Assembly: GCF_006345805.1 (NCBI RefSeq)
Contig: NC_043013.1
Coordinates: forward strand, 4,464,001-4,528,000
Direction of reading: 5' to 3'
Length of the DNA: 64,000 nucleotides
DNA from: Octopus sinensis
Taxonomy: Eukaryota
The notes under the pieces are model-generated. The model ran no database searches. It worked only from the letters and a program-made list of their open reading frames with translations, and had not been told where the DNA came from. The translations under genes were made by a program, and so were the position numbers. Each line of letters begins with the position of its first letter. Within the stretch, counting starts at the first letter, position 1. This document shows positions 37,396-51,108 of the stretch, piece by piece.

Positions 37396-38850
37396 CAATA
37401 TGTTACATTACTCGGTAGTCAGATAAAACTCTGAGTTCAGATGCCGAAGTGGAAATCCACAACACCATCTCTTCGGTTATCTGGCTATTTGAAAACGTTA
37501 TGAAAAAATACCGTTAAAATGAAGGGAAATTACTCTGTTATAACTCTGCTTTGCCTGCGTCTTAGTACTTATACATCGCTCGCATTTTCGTCATAAAAAA
37601 TTATATAAAATACAAAATATATAAAATATATAATTCTTCTTGGGACATAACACAGAAAGCATGTCTATCCGTTTCCTTTAGGGGACTAAAAACGTAACAG
37701 AAATTTAGTCACATGGCATGATCCGAATCCGAAAAGCTCTGTCCTTGGTTTTAGACATGTGCCTTGTCTCCTGTTGATAAGCCATCTCGCCATGTCGCAT
37801 AAACGCACGCACCTTCGTCCGCCGTGTTAGTATAGGGCTTACATCTCATTTGTCCGTCCAAAAGTCTTCCATACCCAGTCACCGTTATCTCGACCCCGTT
37901 CTCTTAATAGTTATGATTGGATAATTTGTCGCTTTTCTTTCTGTTCCAGTGCCTAAAGCTCAAAGTGTGGTTATTGAACCTGGCCTTGAAATTACCCTCT
38001 GTAAGGCCCACGTATTTCTTCGTCGAAAACGGTGTTTTAGTGGTTATAGAGTTTATAGTAGCTTCATATATGATGGTCTTGGACATGCAAGCTCCATTTA
38101 GCGGGCACAATTCTTTAGTCTGCATGAACAGCTGTTTTCTTCTTGTGTTTTTTGTATGTTATGATTGATTATGTTTTTAAAATGGTAGTTGAACTAAAAC
38201 TAATTTTTAAATTGTGTCTATTGAAGAGTTTCCTATAAGCATGGTTAACTGGAAATGTCTATCTATCAGTGCTAGGAAATATTTACCTATATTGAAGGCC
38301 ACCTCGGTGAGTAAGGGGGCGTAACCAGATGACCTTCCTATTTCTATTATTCCTTTTCCTTACTGTTGGGCTAGTGATAGGTGTATATTTTATTTTTTCC
38401 CTAAAACCACTATCTTTTAAAGCTTTATTATAAACTGGGGCAACGCTATTGAAGATGTCCTCATTAGATGAGAGGCTAGAAATCCTCTTACTAATATTTT
38501 TAACTAAATTTTTGAATACTATAGGGGGATGCATGACCTCATTATATACTAACTTAGTCTATCATTGGGCTTCCTATATAGGCTTATAAATATATTTTAT
38601 TAAGATCTAAGGAAACGTCTAAGAATTGACAACCGTCGTTAGTGTGTCTATAGTTATACTAAGTCCGAAGTGTTCATTAACTGGATAATATCCTTCCTAA
38701 AACGATCTTGTGCTGGTCCATTTGTATTAGCTGTTAAGGCGAGGGCATCATAATAAAACGTACGGTAGGTTGTTAAGTATCTCACTCGTGGGGATCGATG
38801 CTAGAAAGGTCGAAACAATTATAGTGATTAAAACAATTCTATCTTCCGTC
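37396..38850 (-). mobile_element. Neptune-type Penelope-like element, 5'-truncated, flanked by microsatellites
   Basis: HPPIVFKNLVKNISKRISSLSSNEDIFNSVAPVYNKALKDSGF; CSC..CPLNGAC..IIYEA..YVGLTEGNFKARFNNH (GIY-YIG). Confidence 0.9.
37420..37483 (-). ncRNA. Variant HHR motif at Neptune 3' end
   Basis: CAGATAA-CCGAAGA-GATG..CATC-TGAA-CTCAGAG-TT-TTATCTG: 7-bp stem I, core deviations. Confidence 0.6.
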
Positions 38851-38894
38851 TCTCTCTTTCTTTCTTTTCTCTCTCTCTCCCTCTCTCTCTCTCT

Positions 38895-38943
<49 letters not shown>

Positions 38944-38987
38944 TATATATATAAATAAAACCATATAAATATGTATGTATGTAAGTA

Positions 38988-39027
<40 letters not shown>

Positions 39028-39130
39028 ATATATATATATGTAGGTAAAATTAAGTGCGATCGTTACATAATAATATTTTCAGGTTTTAATAAAAAGACAA
39101 CGGACGGAAATTTGATATACCGATCCTATA

Positions 39131-39199
<69 letters not shown>

Positions 39200-39203
<4 letters not shown>

Positions 39204-39361
39204 TCGACATGATAGATCGTTAGCCACTACACACATTTTTTTCTCTCCTTGTTTTTTCTGTGTCCCTTTCTGTAGAAGAGCGTAGGCCCGAAACGTAAAG
39301 TTTTTTCTATTCCTGAACGTTATACTAATACATCTGTTTGTTTTGTACACCACCTGTCTTG
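39200..39361 (+). mobile_element. (TA)n-associated repeat with HHR-like motif (39266-39300)
   Basis: Homologous to 4451-4665. Confidence 0.8.
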
Positions 39362-39756
39362 TACCTAGGTAGGTGGGTAGGTAGGTAGGTAGGTAGGCAG
39401 GTGGGTACACAACAGCGCACACACGGACTTATATACCGAAAATCTTATGTAACATAAATGAGTGGTATGTAACTAATTTGAAGCGCGAGCAATTACATAA
39501 TTTACAGCAGTGCCTTGTTTAGTGCACAAATCACGGAATGATGGAAAAGTTGCGATATTTTCTTTTTTTCCTTTTGTTTCTACATACATTGTTTACAATG
39601 TCTGACAAAACGAAATAAGTAAAATTTTAGTATAACCTTTATACATTTCATTTAAGTTCAGATATACATCTTTCCGATAATTTTAGTTTGATACTTGTGT
39701 CATTCAGCAAATCAATGCTGTTTTCGTTTTCCAGCCTGTGAAGATCTAATTAATAA

Positions 39757-39914
39757 TGGTTTCGAAATTTTGGCACAAGGACAGCAATTTGGGGGGACAG
39801 TAAGAACATCAACCCTTGTGCCCAACTGTATTCATTTTATCAATTTCAGCGAAATTTGAACTCAGAGAATAAAGACTGATGAAATGCTGCTAATGCGTGT
39901 GCCAGCTCTCTGCC
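39757..39914 (-). mobile_element. SINE type B, old
   Basis: AATTTTGGCACAAGG tail and AATTTGAACTCAGA. Confidence 0.7.
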
Positions 39915-40349
39915 TTGAAGTTCTAATAAATAATGTCAACAAATATTAACATTATATCTTGATGATCTCAGAAGAGTGAAAACTGGTTAGTAAAAATGTC
40001 TTTTATCGACAAGAGAAACTTTATACTTCAAATTTAGTATGTAATTGAATAAATTATTATCTTTTCTGTGGGAAAAAAACCAGTTTTTATTCTGTAGAAT
40101 TTTCTTTCTACGAATTGTAATAAATGTGATCAATCCCTTTCAGAAAAAAACATCACTTCTTTGCGGGTTTTTTTTAATGTCTTTTCACTCCAAAGCTATT
40201 TACGTCTCATTTTCTACATTACATGTATGCATATAAAAACATTTAGTGCATCTTCAACTCTTTGTAATTATCTTCTCTGTATAAGAAAAAGACTCAGATT
40301 AACACTTATATAGAAAAGTTATGTAAAAGCATCGAAACAGTCGACCAGA

Positions 40350-41750
40350 CTAACAGAAGACAATTCAAGTCGTACAAAAATCTCCGAAAAATACTCGCAG
40401 CTGTAAAAAGCTGGATTGGCTGTGCGTGTACTTAAAAGTTTAACACTAGAAAATGCGCGTTTTGGAACATGCCGAAAAATTTACTAGTAAAATACAACTT
40501 AACCTGAGAGAAAAATCGGAAAATAGGGCAAAACTTTATCTTGATAAAATGCAAAATGTGATGAAACTACTGTAACTGGGAGTTTTCACTAGGAAACAGA
40601 ATTACAAAGCTATTAATGAACAAATACAAACTAAAATGAAGATTAAAAAAGACGATTAAAACTGATAGATCACGAGAATACGAAAACAAGAAATTTATTT
40701 CGAAATAGAGGTGGGAGGAAAGCGAAAATTGGTTTTCAAGTTCGAAAGCGATACACCTCGGAAAATAAATTCATGAAGAAATGGAAAACCAATGATAGAA
40801 TAGTTTCACCAATTCCATTCACCACCTTTATGTCCCAGTTCCCAAAGAAAATTTCAATATTGACCAAATTTACACAGAACGGTTAGACAAACAGGAGAAT
40901 CATAAATTTTCCGAAACAACTAACCTTCTCTGGATACGGAGATAGATTAACAAATGGACAAAACAGACCAGGAATGAGGTTATAAAATGGCTCCGTAGAA
41001 TCTAAAATTGCCTCAATATATGTTAACAGTTTATCAGATACTATGAACTGAAGATCTATAAATAATGCTCGCAAATTTTAGAAGACAAATTCAGCAGTTA
41101 TTTCAAAGAAATTAATAAATTACTATATTCTATGGTTGGTAAGTCTTGATAAATTGAACAAACTCTAAAAACCTCATCAAGAATATGAAACCTCACATCC
41201 GATTTATTGTGAAGTTCAATTACAATAAACATCCTTTCTTCAAACATCATTAACACAAAGAAACAGTACACTAAAAATTCACATATATTTAAACCCACCG
41301 ATTCCCCACTGTTCTTCCTATTTATATCATGTCATCCGAAACACATTCAGATTAACATTCCATTCAACTCAGCAAGATGAATCTGCTCTATAGTCTTGAA
41401 ATACTATAATATAAGAATTGTAAAAATGTTTGTCAAAATATAGCACCTTCTAAATTTAATTCATTTTGGAATCCAAAACACAATGCAAATTAACATCCAT
41501 GAACTTTTTAGAAACAAAGAAAAGCGAAAACAAAATGTTATACTATGATTTTCGACTTTTCACCCAAGAGACACCAAATTCTTTGTGAATATTTGTCTAA
41601 ATCTAACAATGCTAATACAAGACAAAAAATGTAAAACTATTTGGATAAACATACAAGTATAAGAAGCAAGATAAAGTAATGATAGTGATGAACACTAAGC
41701 TACAAACAAAAACTACAGAATCTAAATTCACGAAATGCAACCGACCAAAC
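40350..41750 (+). mobile_element. Penelope-like element relic (RT/thumb)
   Basis: IFKPTDSPLFFLFISCHPKHIQINIPFNSAR*ICSIV at about 41285-41395; 5' boundary uncertain. Confidence 0.7.
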
Positions 41751-43050
41751 TCCATCAGGCCCGACAGAACAATCTTTGGCACTCTTCATCAAACATTCTA
41801 AAATTGTTGTGATGAGCTCTTCAGCGTAAGGATAAGGCTCCAAGAGTTCAAGAAATCCTAATGCCTACACATGCACAACCTTTATGATGGCTCAAAAATT
41901 CTTTCACAACTTTTCATGGCTCTAAGAATTCTTTCACAGCAACTATCAAGTTAAAAACAACATTTCTCTACTGAAAGACTTCGACCGTCCTAAAACTTTG
42001 GATCCGATACACAAGGAAATTTTCTAACAAGGATTTTGAAGGAGGTTAGTTATCTCTACACAAGAGATCTCTATCGCTACATCACAGAAGTATGGAACCA
42101 AATCGTATTCCTCAAAATCGGAAAGATGTTAACATCATCCCTATCCTCACTACTTGCTCCAACAGTAGGAGTACAGCACGCCTGTAACTTGGCGAGAAGT
42201 TCCTGGTAAGGTTATGCTTGAAAGACTGGTGTAATATCTGAGTAATATTAGAGGCAAACATGTTCCCAATGTGATGGTCTTTTAAGATGACTGAAAGTCG
42301 ATTCCTCAATCAGTAATTTATTGTCAAATTTAAATTTTATATCAGCAAGTGGAGAGGGCTTGGCTACATTTAAGGATATAACTGAAGAAAAGCAACTGAA
42401 TGGGAAGGTGTCAGAGTTAGGGTTGTAATATTCTTGAAGCAATGCTAGGAAATGTAGAAATGCTAGGAATAAATTTTTAATGTGGATGGTTTTACTGTTA
42501 TTAATTTTGTGTGTGTATAGATTAACGTGGTGATACTTATTTCTTACTCAAACGTCTATAATTGAAGATGCCATCGATCAAAAGCATTCAAATTGTGATT
42601 GTCCGTCTCTTGATAAGATATATAGGACTATATTATCCAATATGTTATTTATTATTATCGAAGACAGTAGCACGAGGTTTGGGGAAGACTTCTTTAGTGT
42701 TTGTAGCATGTGAAATGACTGAATGATGTCTCCCTCATTGGCTCATCCATGCGATGAGATATCTCGAGACAGACAAAGTAGAATAACAAAAAGTAATCAG
42801 ATGTTAGTTGCAGTAACAACTGATAAAACTAAGGCATGATACAATCTCTTTAGAGATCAAGTACTGTGATTTGAAAATGTTTGGTAAAGAAGTACGTTCT
42901 CGAATTAAGAGGTAGCCCTCAACGATTGTGGTTTTTAGCATAAAATATTGAAAAATCGGAGTGTGAAATTATAGATAAGCGGAAGATAAAAATGACAAAC
43001 AAAAAGGCAATACCAGTGAAACCAAAGATAGGAATATATGAAAATCATTA

Positions 43051-43129
<79 letters not shown>

Positions 43130-44162
43130 CAAAGCAGGAAAAGATAGAAATAAATAGCTGAAAACGAGAATGGAGACAAGAGAAAGATTATATTGGTGAA
43201 CCACTCGATGAATAAAAGAATGAATTGGATTGAGTATTGACAGAAACTTAAGCTTTGTTGCGTGTTAATGGCTCTAAAATTCACTTCGTGTGGTAATATA
43301 TGCAACGAACTGTCGCATTCGACAGGCTTCTCGTGTAACTCAAGCCACTCCAACGCCGCCGTATATCCGTTTATTGTCGATGATCCAAATACACAAGAGT
43401 GTTACAACTCTGATCTTTGATATACCTACTTTTTTGTTGGTCCGATTAATATGTTACCAAATAGGTAAATCTATCTACTTGCATCTACTAGTTAACTTAT
43501 CAACTTTCACGTAAAAGAGATAGCTTCAAAATGATATGCTAAAATAAGTGATATATAATCAATAATGCTTTCTTGTTTGCCTATGTATACTTGTCATTTA
43601 ATCTTTTTTTTTTTTATTGTGAATTTGGAAAGTTATTTTTCATTAGTCTTATTTTTATTGCGTGCTTTCACTGCACAACTGAGAATAACTCTGTGTGCTT
43701 TATTGAGTACGTGTAATGTCTTGTTTGGGCTCTGCATTCATATTGCAATCTACGTAATGTTTGCAGTGTCCAGTAATGTTATTCTCTGTATATCTTGGCG
43801 TATTGGTTATGTATTTATCTACATGCTTTTAATCATTCCCAAGGCGCCTGCTATTTTAAGAATCGTTTTTGTTTTCATTCTTCCTTCATTCTAGTTACTT
43901 CTGTTTCCAGATCTCTGTTTCTTTTAGAGATACATTATCTCTTGGGGTTCATACTTCGATTAGAAGGCTCTTTTAGTCCTAGTGAAGCTTGACTACAATA
44001 TTCGGCCGATGAACTCTGGTAGTCTTGTCTGTGTAGATTGGGTACATCATGATATACTTATTTTTCTAATGTAGATTTATATACAACCTGTTTGCTGTTG
44101 ATATTTCACAATACTGATTTCGAAAGCCTTCATGCTTTTCGGAGTATTCTTACATGCCTGAA

Positions 44163-44564
44163 GCCGGGCTGGTTGTGTGGTAAGAACTTTGTTTTCCAAC
44201 CACATGGTTCTGGGTTCAGTCCCACTGCGTGGAACTTTTGGTAATTATTATTTTACTATACCTTCGGGCCGACCAAAGCCTTGCGAGTGGATTTGGTAGA
44301 CGGAAACTGAAAGCCAGTCGTGTATATATATATAAATATGTGTGTGTGCATGTGCGTGTGTGTATGTGTTTGTCCCCCACCGCCACTTGACAACCGGTTT
44401 TGGTCTGTTTACGTCCCCGTAACTCAACGGTTTGGCAAAATAAGACCTAAAGAATAGGTACCAGGCTCTAAAAAATTAAAGAAATCCTGGAGTCGATTCA
44501 TTCAACTAAAAATTCAAGACGGTGCTCCAGCATAGCTGCAGTCTGACTGAAACAAGTAAAAGAG
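44163..44564 (+). mobile_element. SINE type A, diverged
   Basis: Homologous to 12209-12610. Confidence 0.85.
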
Positions 44565-44627
44565 ATACAAGATACATGTATGTGTGTGCATGTATGTGTG
44601 TGCATGTATGTGTGTGTGGTGTGTGTG

Positions 44628-44677
<50 letters not shown>

Positions 44678-45329
44678 GGATTTTGAGTGATGGAAATGCT
44701 TTGATCTGAAATCACAATCAAGAATCCTTTAGTATGATCTTGGAGTTTCTCAGAAATGATATTTTTATTTGTCTTTTAGTACCCTATTCAATTTTCTTTC
44801 CAGTGTTGTTTGTCTTAGATTCTAGATTTTAATTATTGTTTGTTATTTCTCTTCCAAACTCCTTATCACTTCAGTCTACATTTTTGCCTTGAAGATACAA
44901 AGTAGGTTTTGTTTCGTTTATCTTATGTAATTATTTTGTATAATTTCCTGTTTTCATTACTAAATACTTTTGCAGATGTATGGTGAAAATGGCATTATGG
45001 TTTTTTGTCGTCAGTATAATCATCCATTGTATAATCATCTTTTGTGAAATTTTAGATGGAATATTCTAAATCAGACTATATCTTTGCTTGCATATTTTTT
45101 CTTGACTAACCTTGCTCATTCATTTAGCATTTACTTTAGAATATTATGTTGATAACTTTTAACGGTGACACAGAGTTTTGAAGCTAATTACCTTGTTTTT
45201 CATTTACGTATACATTTTTATGTTAACGTGACCATAACATTCCTTTGTTGAGCTTTTGACGTTAAAAGAAACAAGTTTGGTATGATCCTACTGAAGGATC
45301 CTCTTATGGTTCCCGTTTATGGAACCAGT

Positions 45330-46320
45330 CTCCAGGTTGTATGAGGATGATGCAAGGTTGGGGACAGTCAGGGAAGAATGAACAATAGTGTCGTATGGAT
45401 GAAAGTGAAGACAAGTAGGTCATTAATGTACAAAGGGAAGAGAATGAGGAGACAAAATCGAAACCTCGGGACCAATAATGTTGACTGAAAATAGAGGAAA
45501 GGGGCTCTGACAACACATGCCACGGTGGTGCAATTAAATAGGAAGCTACCGATCGTAAACGGCAAGTTTTGAATGATTTACCTGTCAGACTTGGTCGTAA
45601 GATTTGCTGATGTCCAAAGCAACAACATTGCTATCAATGAATTTCTCTAAAGCAAGAGCCCGAAGTAGGTTGCATTGGGTTCTGCGGAAGCTGTAATAGC
45701 GGTCACTGAGGGAGAAGAGAGAGAGAGATGTTGGAGAATGCCATTGTTAATGGCTATCCCAAACACCATATAGATGTTAGACATCCAGCCAACTATCGTT
45801 GAAGGGAACTGACTTTTTTGGAACAGAACACACTGCATCGTACTTCCAAATGTCAGAATAAACTGCCTCGAGAGTAAGAGATTACAGAGTTCGTTGTTTA
45901 TAGAAGCAAGTTCTGTGGCACTCCGTTTGAGAGCAATAGATAGAATATTGTCTGGGTTGGTGGCCTTGTTTGCTTTAAGCAATTGGAGGTATTTCTGCAC
46001 TTGATGGTTGTGCATGAGGGTTGGGGAGCCTACTGGAATGAAATGTGTTTTGGTGGTTGTTTGCTGGTCTCAGCTGCTATAGTCGTGCATGGCTCATCAT
46101 TGAAGTGGTAGTGTGCTCCCAGAAAAATTCCCTTTATTTTGATCCCTTCGTAAAACGGATGCTAAGATATACTTTAGTATACTTGGTAAGTTTTTGCTCT
46201 CAATTCAGGTCGTGCGTAAATATAAAAAGATCGAGTTTATGAGTATGCTCTAGATGAATATTGTTAGATTGAGGTAAATATTGTGCAAATATTTTAAAAA
46301 TACTCTTTGAGTATTTGTCC
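45330..46320 (-). mobile_element. CR1/Jockey-group LINE RT relic
   Basis: VQKYLQLLKANKATNPDNILSIALKRSATELA; decayed VP(Q)G and LFPLYINDL motifs. Confidence 0.7.
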
Positions 46321-48212
46321 CAATCTATTCATGTGAAGCGGGGGAGAATGATATATGTACAGTGTTGTTAGTAAATTGTGGTATGAGGATGTTTTGTTGT
46401 GATATGACTGGTACTAGGCGATGAATGAATGATATCTGAAGGGGTGGGTGAATGCGATGCTATTCAAACTTTTGAAAATTTCAAAGTTTTCTGCTGGGCA
46501 CTGTATACCTTCCTTCTCTTTAGTTAAATATAACTGAAGTAATTTTTAAAAATTACAAAATTTCACCGTAAGTGAAACTATAACGTAAACACAAGACTTT
46601 TTATGTCATTTTCAAAGCCTTTCGGAGAAGACACAGCTTCCTTCCTCAATCAATAGCAAATATCAACTGCTCAGTTATAAATGTGGCGAATACCGAGGTA
46701 ATTAGCCTAATTTTCATATACGTGTACTTTTGACGGCTTGTCGTCAATTAAATACCTACCCTATGCACAACATAACTTAAATCAGAACTGAAGTGAATTT
46801 TAAACATTGCAAAGCTTCACCGTAATATAATTGGAATATAAATATCTTCTTTCTTCGTTATTTATGTATGAAGAAAGAGGGAGTGAGTCTTTCTGACGGT
46901 CACTTTTTCAGTTTTTGAACCATGCTTCAGAGATGTTCCAGGCTTCCTTCCATAATCAATAGCATAGAAAATTGTATCTAATTTCATCCACTGGGAGGTT
47001 TTGTTATGCTGAAATTCCTTCAGTTCTTGTAACTTATGTTGTGTCGTGCATAAAATAAGTACGTTAGGTATGTTAACTGGACAAATTAGTTTCTTTAGCT
47101 TCTCTGTAATACAAATTCTACTGCAATTTCCTCGTCCATTGGGTTATTTCTAACCTCCATCGCCACTTGACCCAGCCACAACCCAGGAGGGAGAACCATA
47201 CAGGAAAAGATGTCTACCTTTCTTATTCACAGCCTTGCCTGTTGTGTGTGTGCGCCTGTGTAATCGGGAGTGATAATGCCAGTGTGTGTGAGTGTAAGTG
47301 CATTCCCACCTATTCATGGTTCCGAATGAATATGAGCCAGGACAAGTGAATACCAGATAAATCAGAATATCACCCCAATTCGTTATACTAACTTTCATAC
47401 TAATTTGTATTTTAGTTATTTTCAATGTTATGTTAGATTTTATTCTAATTTTGATTGTATTCTAACCTTGTTCTAAGTTCAGCCCTTTTTGTTCTTTATT
47501 CTGCCCCCGTGTCCATGAGGGATTATTTCGCTTGACTTTCTAACGTGATTGTATTCGTGATGTCGTCGCCTCATTTCACCCGTAATCTACCCCACATTCT
47601 CGTCCCCCATATTAGCAGCATGTCATTTGTGTTTCTAATTGAATAATTTCTGATTAATTGGTCAGTATGAAGCATTGGTAATAGATTATTAATTTAAATC
47701 CCTTTAGGGAATTTACTGACCAGTGTTGAGCAGCCCTTCTTCCAGTTCCTTGTTTATGCACTGTGATTTCCTGATACCAGTCAAGCACTGAATACGAACA
47801 GGAAATGAAGGGCAGAGCAATGCGAGATCACATTGTCCTACAAGAATATGTCTATTCGACCTGGGAAACTGTATACAAGACGATTGATCGGGAAAGAAGC
47901 AAAACAGAATGTACTAAGAAGAATGGAATGGCTATCGTTTTTCTTCGAGACAGATACGTCCAATTCATCTGCAAGGGAGAGCTTCGATTCTAAATGTTAC
48001 CTAGGTATAAAAAAAACTAAATAGATTTTTAAAATTCTCATTAGAATTGACAATAGATTGCAAGGTAGGCTCAAAGAATTTCTACCAAGCTACAAAACTC
48101 ACTCAGCATCTTTATCAAAGATGTTTAATATAAAAAAGCAAAACCTATGCGGAGCAGTGAGGGGTACTTATAATAGCTGTAATACTATAAGGGTATATAA
48201 AAATGCTAGCCC

Positions 48213-48608
48213 TGTGTGCGTGTGCATGTGTGTGCGCACGCGCTTATGTGTGTGGGAGTGCTTATGTGGGTGTTCCGCGCGTGTGTATGTGCGTGTGCGT
48301 GCATGTGCAAGTGTGTGTGTGTGTGCGAGTGTGTGTGCGTGCTTGTGAGTGTATGTGTGCGTGCGCATGTGTATGTGCGTGTGTGTGTATGCGCGAGTGT
48401 GTATGTGCGAGTGTGTGTGCGTGCCAGTGTGTGTGTGTGTGTGTACTTGAGAGTGTATGTGTGTGCGCGTGCGCGTGTGTAGTGCGTGTGCGCGTGCGCG
48501 TGTGTAGTGTGTGTGCGTGTATGTGCGAATGTGTGTGTGTGCGTGTATGTGCGAATGTGTGTGTGTGAGTGCATGTGTGTGTGCGTGCGAGTGTGTGTGT
48601 GTGTGTGT
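48213..48608. repeat. Degenerate (TG)n/(CG)n tract
   Basis: Direct reading. Confidence 0.9.
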
Positions 48609-48610
48609 TT

Positions 48611-48830
48611 TATCTTTCATTTGTTTCAATCATTGGACTACAGCCATGTTAGGGTACCACCTTAAATAATTTTAATCAAAAGAATCGACCCAGTAATATT
48701 TTTCTAAGTATTAGTACTTATATCAGTTTCTTTTGTCGAACCGCATAAGTGATGTGGATGTAAATAAAACTGACAGCAGTTTTCAAGCGGTGGTATGGTG
48801 ACAAATATACACACAAACACTCACTCAAAT
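48611..48830 (-). mobile_element. SINE type A 3' half, diverged
   Basis: TGTTTCAATCATTGGACTACAGCCATG..TTTTGTCGAACCGC. Confidence 0.7.
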
Positions 48831-48859
48831 ATATACATATATATACATATATATATATA

Positions 48860-49046
48860 TACGCCATGATAGATCGTTAGCCACTACACACATTTTTTTC
48901 TCTCCTTGTTTCTCTCCCTTTTTCTGTGTCCCTTTCTGTAGAAGAGCGTAGGCTCGAAAAGTAAAAGACTTTTTCTATTCTTGAGTGTTACACTAATACA
49001 TCTGTTTGTTTTCTACACCACCTGTCTTCGTCTTTGTTTTTTTCGT

Positions 49047-49050
<4 letters not shown>
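48860..49050 (+). mobile_element. (TA)n/(TC)n-flanked repeat with HHR-like motif (48932-48967)
   Basis: CTTT-CTGTAGA-A-GAGC GTAG GCTC-GAAA-AG-TA-AAAG; homologous to 4451-4665. Confidence 0.8.
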
Positions 49051-49090
<40 letters not shown>

Positions 49091-49108
49091 ATATATATAT
49101 ATATATAT

Positions 49109-49146
<38 letters not shown>

Positions 49147-49154
<8 letters not shown>

Positions 49155-49367
49155 GAAAACGAAGAAGAGAGTAGAGATTTATTGAGATCCAAAACTTTTT
49201 ATCGAAAACATTTTCTTCAGCATATACAACAATGGTCGACAGGAGTGGCTGTATGGTAAGTAGTTTGATTGCCAACCACATTGTTCCGGGTGCAGTCCCA
49301 CTGCTTGGCCAGAATTCAATTAGATTTAAAAATTAACGCTACTCTCCTCTTCGTTTTCAATTGTATA
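49147..49367. repeat. Inverted repeat (24-28 bp arms) enclosing a SINE A head fragment
   Basis: AATTGAAAACGAAGAAGAGAGTAG versus CTACTCTCCTCTTCGTTTTCAATT. Confidence 0.8.
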
Positions 49368-49629
49368 CTCTACGGAATATTTGCAGTTCTAAATAGGAAC
49401 AAGGAACTACCTAACAAGTGGGGCTTACAAGTACAAGTATCTATTTAGATTTGAGTACTATGTAATTCGAATGTTGTGGATAGCTTGCATCTATACCATT
49501 TTATGATATAATTCGGTATCCGCCAGGATAATTATCACTTATATATATATATATATTATATATATTATATATATTATATATAATATATATATATATATAT
49601 TATATATATATTATATATATATATGTATG

Positions 49630-49697
<68 letters not shown>

Positions 49698-49804
49698 CTA
49701 TATGTGTGTGTGTGTATATATATATATATATAAAGTTAATGTTTGTTTTTAAATTCAGTTATAATAAAAACAATTTCACATTAAACTTATTGGTTACTCA
49801 ATAC

Positions 49805-50232
49805 GGATCTTTTCGGTTTGAACGAAGTTTTTTTAAATAATTTCCACGTAACTAAACACTTTTAAACTTCGTATACTGGTAGAATGTGTTTATAAAACAT
49901 CTTTTTCTCTTGGCTTTATTGAGAAAATTCTATAGTTTGTAAGATATTTGTTGTGTTATTTTTCTTCAATTTCTGCAATTTCAACCAATCAATGACGTCT
50001 ATTGGAGGTGAAAACATTCTGTGCCGTCTGAATATGTCACTCGTTTAAGAAACAGATTAGATTTATTTACATTTTTGAAGAATAAAGATACCCTTCCCCC
50101 CACCCCTAACCCTAACTAATCATAACCCTAAAACAGATTGAAATACAATAGATCGATACTAGGGTCATAATTATGGGTGACAATTTCATATGACACCGCT
50201 AGAAAAAACTGCCGTTCAAACCGAAAAGATCC
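49805..50232. mobile_element. MITE with GG termini and 8-bp TSD (Merlin-like)
   Basis: TIR GGATCTTTTCGGTTTGAACG / CGTTCAAACCGAAAAGATCC; flanks CTCAATAC and CTCAACAC. Confidence 0.88.
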
Positions 50233-50377
50233 CTCAACACTTTTGTAGAATACAAACTGATTTTTCTTAAGCAAGGAATATTGACTGTGTCCTCGATGAT
50301 TCGAGCATATAAGCCAGATCGGCGATGGGTTAACTGGCTGAAACTTTGAAGTCACTCTCAATACTATTCTTCTTTAA

Positions 50378-50720
50378 GGCGTGGATGTGTGATAAGCAGC
50401 TTTCTTCCCATCCATATGGTTCCGGGTTCAGTCCCACAACGTGGTATCTTAGTCAAATGTCTTCTATTATAGCCTCGGGCCGACCAAAGCCTTGTAAGAG
50501 GATTTGATAGACGGAAACTGAAAGAAGCCCATCGTATATATTTATATGTACATGTTTGTGTGTCTGTGTTTGTCTCCCCACCATGCAACCGATGGTGCTG
50601 TGCTTACGTCCCTATAACTTAGCGGTTCGGCAAAATAAGTCCTGGGGTCGATTTGTTCGACTAAAGGTGGTGCTGCAGCATGGCCCAGTCAAATGACTGA
50701 AACAAGTAAAAGAATAACAG
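50378..50720 (+). mobile_element. SINE type A
   Basis: Homologous to 12209-12610. Confidence 0.85.
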
Positions 50721-50746
50721 AATATATATGTGTATATATATATGTG

Positions 50747-50819
<73 letters not shown>

Positions 50820-50848
50820 GTATGTATGTGTATATATATATGTGTGTG

Positions 50849-50917
<69 letters not shown>

Positions 50918-50957
50918 GTATGTATATGTATATGTATATGTGTCTGTATATATATAT

Positions 50958-51108
50958 AGTTGAGATTTACAGAAAAACAAAAGACGAAGACAGGTGTTGA
51001 ACAACAAGCAGGTGTATTAGTTTGACGCTCGGGAAAGTGAGAAAGTCTTACGTTTCGAGCCTACGCTCTTCAGCAGAAAGGAACATGAGGAAATAAACAG
51101 AGAGAATA
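50958..51108 (-). mobile_element. (TA)n-embedded repeat subfamily with HHR-like motif (51045-51080)
   Basis: CTTT-CTGCTGA-A-GAGC GTAG GCTC-GAAA-CG-TA-AGAC. Confidence 0.75.

Noticed and set aside
50104-50131. True telomere or chromosome-fusion scar
   Set aside because: Only about 3 imperfect units, inside a TIR-bounded MITE.
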